Shown here: piece by piece, positions 52,201 to 64,000 of the stretch | How positions within the stretch are numbered: the stretch's first letter is position 1 | How the letters are laid out: each line of letters opens with the position of its first letter | NCBI GenBank assembly: GCA_964016885.1 | Contig: OZ024741.1 | Coordinates: forward strand, 87,296,001-87,360,000 | DNA length: 64,000 nt | Source: Eledone cirrhosa | Lineage: Eukaryota | Direction: 5' to 3' | Notes under the pieces: model-generated | Told to the model about the DNA's origin: nothing | Databases searched by the model: none | The model's input: the letters and a program-made list of their open reading frames with translations, nothing else | Made by a program: the position numbers and the translations under genes

Positions 52201-55200
52201 TTGGTACACAGACACAGTCTACAACACATACACCACTTGGTACACAGACACATTCTACAACACATACACCACTTGGTACACAGACACAGTCTACAACATA
52301 TACCTCACTTGGTACACAGACACAGTCTACAACACATACACCACTTGGTACACAGACACAGTCTACAACACATACACCACTTGGTACACAGACACAGTCT
52401 ACAACACATACCTCAATTGGTACACAGACACAGTCTACAACACACATACACCACTTGGTACACAGACACAGTCTACAACATATACCTCACTTGGTACACA
52501 GACACAGTCTACAACACACATACCCCACTTGGTACACAGACACAGTCTACAACACATACCTCACTTGGTACACAGACACAGTCTACAACACATACACCAC
52601 TTGGTACACAGACACGGTCTACAACACATACACCACTTGGTACACACACACAGTCTACAACACATACATCACTTAGTACACAGACACAGTCTGCAACACA
52701 TACATCACTTAGTACACAGACACAGTCTACAACACATACCTCACTTGGTACACAGACACAGTCTACAACACATACATCACTTGGTACACAGATACAGTCT
52801 ACAACACATACATCACTTGGTACACAGACACAGTCTACAACACATACATCACTTGGTACACAGACACAGTCTGCAACACATACATCACTTGGTACACAGA
52901 CACAATCTACAACACACATACCTCACTTGGTACACAGACACAGTCTACAACACATACATCACTTTGTACACAGATACAGTCTACAACACATACATCACTT
53001 AGTACACAGACACAGTCTACAACACATACATCACCTGGTACACAGACACAATCTACAACACACATACCTCACTTGGTACACATACACAGTCTACAACACA
53101 TACATCACTTGGTACACATAGACAGTCTACAATACATGCATCGCCTGGTACACAGACACAGTCTACAACACATACATCACTTGGTACACAGACAGTCTAC
53201 AACACATACATCACTTGGTACAAAGACAGTCTACAACACATACGTCACCTGCTACACAGACACAGTCTACAACACATACACCACTTGGTACACATACACA
53301 TTCTACAACACATACACCACTTGGTACACAGACACAGTCTACAACACATACATCACTTGGTACATGGACACAGTCCACAACACATACACCACTTGGTACA
53401 CAGACACAGTCTACAACACACATACATCACCTGGTACACAGACACAGTCTACAACACACATACCTCACTTCGTACACAGACACAGTCTAAAACACATACA
53501 CCACTTGGTACACATACACAGTCTACAACACATATACACCACTTGGTACACAGACACAGTCTACAACACATATTCCACTTGCTACACAGACACAGTCTAC
53601 AACACATACACCACTTGGTACACAGACACAGTCTACAACACATACACCTCTTGGTACACAGACAGAGTCTACAACACATACATCACTTGGTACACAGACA
53701 CAGTCTACAACACATACACCACTTGGTACACAGACACAGTCTACATAACATACATCACTTGGTACACAGACACAGTCTACAACACATACATCACTTGGTA
53801 CACAGACACAGTCTACAACACATACATCACCTGGTACACAGATACAGTATACAACACATACATCACTTGGTACACAGACACAGTCTACGACACATACATC
53901 ATCTGGTACACATACACAGTCTACAACACATATACCACTTGGTACACAGACACAGTCTACAACATATACATCACTTGGTACACAGACACAGTCTACAAAA
54001 CATACACCACCTGGTACACAGACACAGTCTACAACATATACACCACTTGGTACACAGACACAGTCTACAACACATACACCACTTGGTACACAGACAGAGT
54101 CTACAACACATACAACACTTGGTACACAGAGACAGTCTACAATACATACATCACCTGGTACACAGACACAGTCTACAACACATACATCACTTGGTACACA
54201 GACACAGTCTACAACACATACATCACTTGGTACACAGACACAGTCTACAACACATACACCACTTGGTACACAGACACAGTCTACAACACATACACCACCT
54301 GGTACACAGACACAGTCTACAACATAAACATCACTTGGTACACAGACACAGTCTACAATACATACATCACCTTGTACACAGACACAGTCTACAACACGTA
54401 CACCACTTGGTACACCGATACAGTCTACAACACATACACCACCTGGTACACAGACACAGTCCACAACACATACATCACTTGGTACACCGACACAGTCTAC
54501 AACACATACACCACCTGGTACACAGACACAGTCTACATAACATATATCACTTGGTACACTGACACAGTCTACAACACTTACATCACTTGGTACACAGACA
54601 CAGTCCACAACACATACACCACTTGGTACACAGACACAGTCTACAACACACATACATCACCTGGTACACAGACACAGTCTACAACACATACATCACTTAG
54701 TCCACAGACACAGTCCACAACACATACATCACTTGGTTCACAGACAGTCTACATCACATACACCACTTGGTACACAGACACATTCTACAAAACATACATC
54801 ACTTGGTACACAGACACAGTCTACAACACATACATCACTTGGTACACAGACACAGTCTACAACACATACATCACTTGGTACACAGACACAGTCTACAACA
54901 CACATACCTCACTTCGTACACAGACACAGTCTATAACACATACATCACTTGGTACACAGACACAGTCTACAACACACATACCTCATTTGGTACACAGACA
55001 CAGTCTACAACACATACACCACTTGGTACACAGACACAGTCTACAACACATACACCACTTGGTACACTGACACAGTCTAAAACACATACACCACTTGGTA
55101 CACAGACACAGTCTAAAACACATACACCACTTGGTACACATACACAGTCTACAACACATATACACCACTTGGTACACAGACACAGTCTACAACACATATT

Positions 55201-58200
55201 TCACTTGCTACACAGACACAGTCTACAACACATACACCACTTGGTACACAGACACAGTCTACAACACATACATCACTTGGTACACAGACACAGTTTACAA
55301 CACACATACCTCACTTGGTACTCAGACACAGTCTACAACACATACACCACTTGGTACACAGACACAGTCTACATAACATACATCACTTGGTACACAGACA
55401 CAGTCCACATCACATACATCACTTGGTACACAGACACAGTCTACAATACATACATCACCTGGTACACAGACACAGTCTACAATATATACATCACCTGGTA
55501 CACAGACACAGTCTACAACACATACATCACTTGGTACACAGACACAGTCTACAACACATACATCACTTGGTACACAGACACAGTCTACAATACATACATC
55601 ACCTGGTACACAGACACAGTCTACAACACATACATCACTTGGTACACAGACACAGTCTACAACACATATTCCACTTGGTACACAGACACAGTCTACAACA
55701 CGCACACATCACTTTGTACACTTACACAACCACAACACATACATCACTTGGTACACAGACACAGTCTACAACACATATTCCACTTGGTACACAGACACAG
55801 GCCATAACACATACATCACTTGGTACACAGACACAGTCTACAACACGTATATCACTTGCTACACAGACACAGGCTACAACATATACCTCACTTGGTACAC
55901 AGACACAGTCTACAACACATACATCACTTGCTACACAGACAAAGTCTACAACACATACATCACGTCGTACACAGACACAGTCTACAACACACACACATCA
56001 CTTCGTACACATACACAACCACAACACATACATCACTTGGTACCCAGACACATTCTACAACACATATTCCAATTGGTACACAGACACAGGCTACAACACA
56101 TACATCACTTGGTACACAGACACAGTCTACAACACATATTCCACTTGGTACACAGACACAGGCTACAACACATACATCACTTGGTACACAGACACAGTCT
56201 ACAACACATATACACCACTTGGTACACAGACACAGTCTACAACACACATACCTCACTTGATACACAGACACAGTCTACAACACATACATCACTTGCTACA
56301 CAGACAAAGTCTACAACACATACATCACGTCGTACACAGACACAGTCTACAACACACATACACCACTTGGTACACAGACACAGTCTACAACACACATACC
56401 TCACTTGGTACACAGACACAGTCCACAACACATACACCACTTGGTACACAGACACAGTCTACAACACATACACCACTTGGTACACAGACACAGTCTACAA
56501 CACATACACCACTTGGTACACAGACACAGTCTACAACACACATACATCACCTGGTACACAGACACAGTCTACAACACACATACCTCACTTCGTACACAGA
56601 GACAGTCTAAAACACATACACCACTTGGTACACAGACACAGTCTACAACACACATACCTCACCTCGTACACAGACACAGTCTACAACACATATTCCACTT
56701 GCTACACAGACACAGTCTACAACACATACACCACTTGGTACACAGACACAGTCTACAACACATACACCTCTTGGTACACAGACAGAGTCTACAACACATA
56801 CATCACTTGGTACACAGAGACAGTCTACATTACATACATCACCTGGTACACAGACACAGTCTACAACACATACATCACTTGGTACACAGACACAGTCTAC
56901 AACACATACACCACTTGGTACACAGACACAGTCTACATAGTATACATCACTTGGTACACAGACACAGTCTACAACACATACATCACTTGGTACACAGACA
57001 CAGTCTACAACACATACATCACCTGGTACACAGATACAGTCTACAACACATACATCACTTGGTACACAGACACAGTCTACGACACATACATCATCTGGTA
57101 CACATACACAGTCTACAACACATATACCACTTGGTACACAGACACAGTCTACAACACATACATCACTTGGTGCACAGACACAGTCTACAACATATACATC
57201 ACTTGGTACACAGACACAGTCTACAAAACATACACCACCTGGTACACAGACACAGTCTACAACACATACACCACCTGGTACACAGACACAGTCTACAACA
57301 CATACACCAGCTGGTACACATACACAGTCCACAACACATACATCACTTGGTACACCGACACAGTCTACAACACATACACCACCTGGTACACATACACAGT
57401 CCACAACACATACATCACTTGGTACACCGACACAGTCTACAACACATACACCACCTGGTACACAGACACAGTTTACATAACATATATCACTTGGTACACT
57501 GACACAGTCTACAACACTTACATCACTTGGTACACAGACACAGTCTACAATACATACATCACCTGGTACACAGACACAGTCTACAACACATACATCACTT
57601 GGTACACAGACACAGTCTACAACACATATTCCACTTGGTACACAGACACAGTCTACAACACGCACACATCACTTTGTACACTTACACAACCACAACACAT
57701 ACATCACTTGGTACACAGACACAGTCTACAACACATATTCCACTTGGTACACAGACACAGGCCATAACACATACATCACTTGGTACACAGACACAGTCTA
57801 CAACACGTATATCACTTGCTACACAGACACAGGCTACAACATATACCTCACTTGGTACACAGACACAGTCTACAACACATACATCACTTGCTACACAGAC
57901 AAAGTCTACAACACATACACCACGTCGTACACAGACACAGTCTACAACACACACACATCACTTCGTACACATACACAACCACAACACATACATCACTTGG
58001 TACCCAGACACATTCTACAACACATATTCCAATTGGTACACAGACACAGGCTACAACACATACATCACTTGGTACACAGACACAGTCTACAACACATATT
58101 CCACTTGGTACACAGACACAGGCTACAACACATACATCACTTGGTACACAGACACAGTCTACAACACATATACACCACTTGGTACACAGACACAGTCTAC

Positions 58201-61200
58201 AACACACATACCTCACTTGATACACAGACACAGTCTACAACACATACATCACTTGCTACACAGACAAAGTCTACAACACATACATCACGTCGTACACAGA
58301 CACAGTCTACAACACACATACACCACTTGGTACACAGACACAGTCTACAACACACATACCTCACCTCGTACACAGACACAGTCTACAACACATATTCCAC
58401 TTGCTACACAGACACAGTCTACAACACATACACCACTTGGTACACAGACACAGTCTACAACACATACACCTCTTGGTACACAGACAGAGTCTACAACACA
58501 TACATCACTTGGTACACAGAGACAGTCTACATTACATACATCACCTGGTACACAGACACAGTCTACAACACATACATCACTTGGTACACAGACACAGTCT
58601 ACAACACATACACCACTTGGTACACAGACACAGTCTACATAGTATACATCACTTGGTACACAGACACAGTCTACAACACATACATCACTTGGTACACAGA
58701 CACAGTCTACAACACATACATCACCTGGTACACAGATACAGTCTACAACACATACATCACTTGGTACACAGACACAGTCTACGACACATACATTATCTGG
58801 TACACATACACAGTCTACAACACATATACCACTTGGTACACAGACACAGTCTACAACACATACATCACTTGGTGCACAGACACAGTCTACAACATATACA
58901 TCACTTGGTACACAGACACAGTCTACAAAACATACACCACCTGGTACACAGACACAGTCTACAACACATACACCACCTGGTACACAGACAGTCTACAACA
59001 CATACACCAGCTGGTACACAGATACAGTCTACAACACATACACCACCTGGTACACATACACAGTCCACAACACATACATCACTTGGTACACCGACACAGT
59101 CTACAACACATACACCACCTGGTACACAGACACAGTTTACATAACATATATCACTTGGTACACTGACACAGTCTACAACACTTACATCACTTGGTACACA
59201 GACACAGTCCACAACACATACACCACTTGGTACACAGACACAGTCTACAACACACATACATCACCTGGTACACAGACACAGTCTACAACACATACATCAC
59301 GAAGTCCACAGACACAGTCCACAACACATACATCACTTGGTACACAGACACAGTCTACAACACATACACCACTTGGTACACAGACACAGTCTACAACACA
59401 TACACCACTTGGTACACTGACACAGTCTAAAACACATACACCACTTGGTACACAGACACAGTCTAAAACACATACACCACTTGGTACACATACACAGTCT
59501 ACAACACATACACCACTTGGTACACAGACACAGTCTACAACACATACACCACTTGGTATACAGACACAGTTTACAACACACATACCTCACTTGGTACACA
59601 GACACAGTCTACAACACATACACCACTTTGTACACAGACACAGTCTACATAACATACATCACTTGGTACACAGACACAGTCCACATCACATACATCACTT
59701 GGTACACAGACACAGTCTACAATACATACATCACCTGGTACACAGACACGGTCTACAACACATACATCACTTGGTACACAGACACAGTCTACAACACATA
59801 CATCACTTGGTACAGAGACACAGTCTACAATACATACATCACCTGGTACACAGACACAGTCTACAACACATACATCACGTGGTACACAGACAGTCTACAA
59901 CACATATTCCACTTGGTACACAGACACAGTCTACAACACGCACACATCACTTTGTACACATACACAACCACAACACATACATCACTTGGTACACAGACAC
60001 AGTCTACAACACATATTCCACTTGGTACACAGACACAGGCTATAACACATCCATCACTTGGTACACAGACACAGTCTACAACACGTATATCACTTGCTAC
60101 ACAGACACAGGCTACAACATATACCTCACTTGGTACACAGACACAGTCTACAACACATACATCACTTGCTACACAGACAAAGTCTACAACACATACATCA
60201 CGTCGTACACAGACACAACCACAACACATACATCACTTGGTACACAGACACAGTCTACAACACATATTCCACTTGGTACACAGACACAGGCTACAACACA
60301 TACATCACTTGGTACACAGACACAGTCTACAACACATATTCCACTTGGTACACAGACACAGGCTACAACACATACATCACTTGGTACACAGACACAGTCT
60401 ACAACACATATACACCACTTGATACACAGACACAGTCTACAACACATACATCACTTGGTACACAGAGACAGTCTACATTACATACATCACCTGGTACACA
60501 GACACAGTCTACAACACATACATCACTTGGTACACAGACACAGTCTACAACACATACACCACTTGGTACACAGACACAGTCTACATAGTATACATCACTT
60601 GGTACACAGACACAGTCTACAACACATACATCACTTGGTACACAGACACAGTCTACAACACATACATCACCTGGTACACAGATACAGTCTACAACACATA
60701 CATCACTTGGTACACAGACACAGTCTACGACACATACATCATCTGGTACACATACACAGTCTACAACACATATACCACTTGGTACACAGACACAGTCTAC
60801 AACACATACATCACTTGGTGCACAGACACAGTCTACAACATATACATCACTTGGTACACAGACACAGTCTACAAAACATACACCACCTGGTACACAGACA
60901 CAGTCTACAACACATACACCACCTGGTACACAGACAGTCTACAACACATACACCAGCTGGTACACAGATACAGTCTACAACACATACACCACCTGGTACA
61001 CATACACAGTCCACAACACATACATCACTTGGTACACCGACACAGTCTACAACACATACACCACCTGGTACACAGACACAGTTTACATAACATATATCAT
61101 TTGGTACACTGACACAGTCTACAACACTTACATCACTTGGTACACAGACACAGTCCACAACACATACACCACTTGGTACACAGACACAGTCTACAACACA

Positions 61201-62908
61201 CATACATCACCTGGTACACAGACACAGTCTACAACACATACATCACGAAGTCCACAGACACAGTCCACAACACATACATCACTTGGTACACAGACACAGT
61301 CTACAACACATACACCACTTGGTACACAGACACAGTCTACAACACATACACCACTTGGTACACTGACACAGTCTAAAACACATACACCACTTGGTACACA
61401 GACACAGTCTAAAACACATACACCACTTGGTACACATACACAGTCTACAACACATACACCACTTGGTACACAGACACAGTCTACAACACATACACCACTT
61501 GGTACACAGACACAGTTTACAACACACATACCTCACTTGGTACACAGACACAGTCTACAACACATACACCACTTTGTACACAGACACAGTCTACATAACA
61601 TACATCACTTGGTACACAGACACAGTCCACATCACATACATCACTTGGTACACAGACACAGTCTACAATACATACATCACCTGGTACACAGACACGGTCT
61701 ACAACACATACATCACTTGGTACACAGACACAGTCTACAACACATACATCACTTGGTACAGAGACACAGTCTACAATACATACATCACCTGGTACACAGA
61801 CACAGTCTACAACACATACATCACGTGGTACACAGACACAGTCTACAACACATATTCCACTTGGTACACAGACACAGTCTACAACACGCACACATCACTT
61901 TGTACACATACACAACCACAACACATACATCACTTGGTACACAGACACAGTCTACAACACATATTCCACTTGGTACACAGACACAGGCCATAACACATCC
62001 ATCACTTGGTACACAGACACAGTCTACAACACGTATATCACTTGCTACACAGACACAGGCTACAACATATACCTCACTTGGTACACAGACACAGTCTACA
62101 ACACATACATCACTTGCTACACAGACAAAGTCTACAACACATACATCACGTCGTACACAGACACAACCACAACACATACATCACTTGGTACACAGACACA
62201 GTCTACAACACATATTCCACTTGGTACACAGACACAGGCTACAACACATACATCACTTGGTACACAGACACAGTCTACAACACATATTCCACTTGGTACA
62301 CAGACACAGGCTACAACACATACATCACTTGGTACACAGACACAGTCTACAACACATATACACCACTTGATACACAGACACAGTCTACAACACATACATC
62401 ACTTGCTACACAGACAAAGTCTACAACACATACATCACGTCGTACACAGACACAGTCTACAACACACATACACCACTTGGTACACAGACACAGTCTACAA
62501 CACACATACCTCACTTGATACACAGACACAGTCTACAACACATACATCACTTGCTACACAGACAAAGTCTACAACACATACATCACGTCGTACACAGACA
62601 CAGTCTACAACACACATACACCACTTGGTACACAGACACAGTCTACAACACACATACCTCACTTGATACACAGACACAGCCTACAACACATACCTCACTT
62701 GGTACACAGACACAGTCCACAACACATACACCACTTGGTACACAGACACAGTCTACAACACATACACCACTTGGTACACAGACACAGTCTACAATACATA
62801 CATCACTTGGTACACAGACACAGTCTACAACACATACACCACTTGGTACACAGACACAGTCTACAACACATACACCACTTGGTACACAGACACAGTCTAC
62901 AATACATA
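43253..62908 (+). repeat. 36-bp minisatellite array (~19.6 kb), consensus TTGGTACACAGACACAGTCTACAACACATACA(C/T)CAC, with higher-order repeats
   Basis: Continuous tandem units with 32-, 35- and 38-bp length variants. Variant patterns recur at kb scale. Confidence 0.98.
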
Positions 62909-63656
62909 TATAGCGAGATTAAAACCGGCAAATAGAAGAATATAGCTTAAGGCTGAAGAATCCTTGGGGGAGAAATGCTATCTCTGGCGTGCGGCTGTCT
63001 GTGAGGAGAGACATCTCAGTGAATCGAGAATTTATGCTGCCTACACGTGCCAATACAAGGTTGAAAAAAAAAATATTTCTAACGCGCGAGAAAATGATAG
63101 TGCAATTTTGAAAGTGACAATGATGAAAAAGAAAGGCTTCAATCAGCATAATTATAGGTGTGAACTTTGGAAAAAAACAAAAAACTTGAACGATGAAGAA
63201 AACGAAGAACAAAAGGCAATGGTTCATCGAAAATAAATGTTCCTGTTGAAATGTTTTTTAAAGAATATCAAATTTCTTTTTTTTTTTGTGTGTTTTGAAA
63301 GAGTTCGTTGTAAGAAACGAGAAACATATATATATATTGTGAAATGTTTTTTTTTGTTTTGAAAGTGTTCGTTGTAAGAAACGAGAAACATATATATATA
63401 TATTGGTGAAATGCGACAGTTAATTGATGCGTGAGAGAAAAAGTATGTCTGTGCGAATTCCACATGTGCGTGTGTGCGTGTCCTTGAGTATTTTCATAGT
63501 TTGTCGCTAAATTTGCTGTGTATTCGTAATGTTACTCACAAAACCAGATGTGCTATTTTTTTTCTTTTTTGGGGGGTGACCACTTATAGCGATGAACGGC
63601 TGCGTGTTCGTATCACGTCAGGGTTACCAATATAGCGAGATTACTGGTTGCATGAA

Positions 63657-64000
63657 TGTAACAAAACGAGACAATGTTTGTGTATGTAATATTTAATTAA
63701 CGGTAGATAGAATACTTGACATGTCAAAGATAGATGTTAGAATGAAACAAAGTTAGTAGTTACCGTTTTGATTGCCAGGCAAACGCGGCTGGCAGAGGGC
63801 GCCTGGCTAAGGCCAGGCGCCTGTTGGCCAAATTAATGGCAGAGCCAAATGAGAAGACTCTTGACCTGGTGCCGAAAAGGCAAAGAGAGAGGAAGGAAGC
63901 TTAACGTTGTTAGTTTTATAGGGCTCTGACCGGAAGTTGCAGAAAGGGTTCCACTTCCCGTCTAGATCCCAATCAAAACAAGGGAGACAACCGCTACACA
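63657..64000 (-). mobile_element. Possible LTR (right part), truncated by the window edge
   Basis: Minus strand has TATAAAA (63914-63920), a pyrimidine-rich tract, ATTAAA near 63695 and a terminal ..TTACA at 63657. Confidence 0.35.

Noticed and set aside
40492-62908. CRISPR array (36-bp repeats)
   Set aside because: Units are directly tandem with no unique spacers, there are no cas genes, and the context is eukaryotic.
43277-62935. Long His-rich, Thr-rich or Cys-rich ORFs (up to 846 aa)
   Set aside because: By-product of a stop-free 36-bp unit. All frames are open and switch freely at 32/35/38-bp variants, with no unique N- or C-terminal domain.

Overview
This is AT-rich, microsatellite-dense animal genomic DNA with no recognisable host gene. 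The SINE family and repeat landscape look like a coleoid cephalopod/octopod, which is inference. The window is almost entirely repeats. It holds five Penelope-like elements or fragments (PLE; RT + GIY-YIG, of Naiad-like and Neptune-like types), mostly sitting in (TA)n tracts. It also holds decayed RTE, HERO-like, CRE-like and L1/Tx1-like LINE pieces, two inverted hAT relics, five copies of a tRNA-derived SINE, and a 22.4-kb array of a 36-bp minisatellite with an internal inversion and kb-scale higher-order repeats. The most notable feature is a non-coding array of 7.4 nearly identical 481-bp units (5288-8850). Each full unit carries an intact type I hammerhead ribozyme with a palindromic stem III. 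The array starts 6 nt after the predicted cleavage site, is bounded by (TA)n, and lies between two Naiad-like PLEs that carry their own terminal hammerheads. This is the architecture of a retrozyme: a self-cleaving, probably circRNA-producing, non-autonomous retroelement lying next to candidate helper elements. All alignments and RNA folds were done by eye, so boundaries may be off by a few bases.
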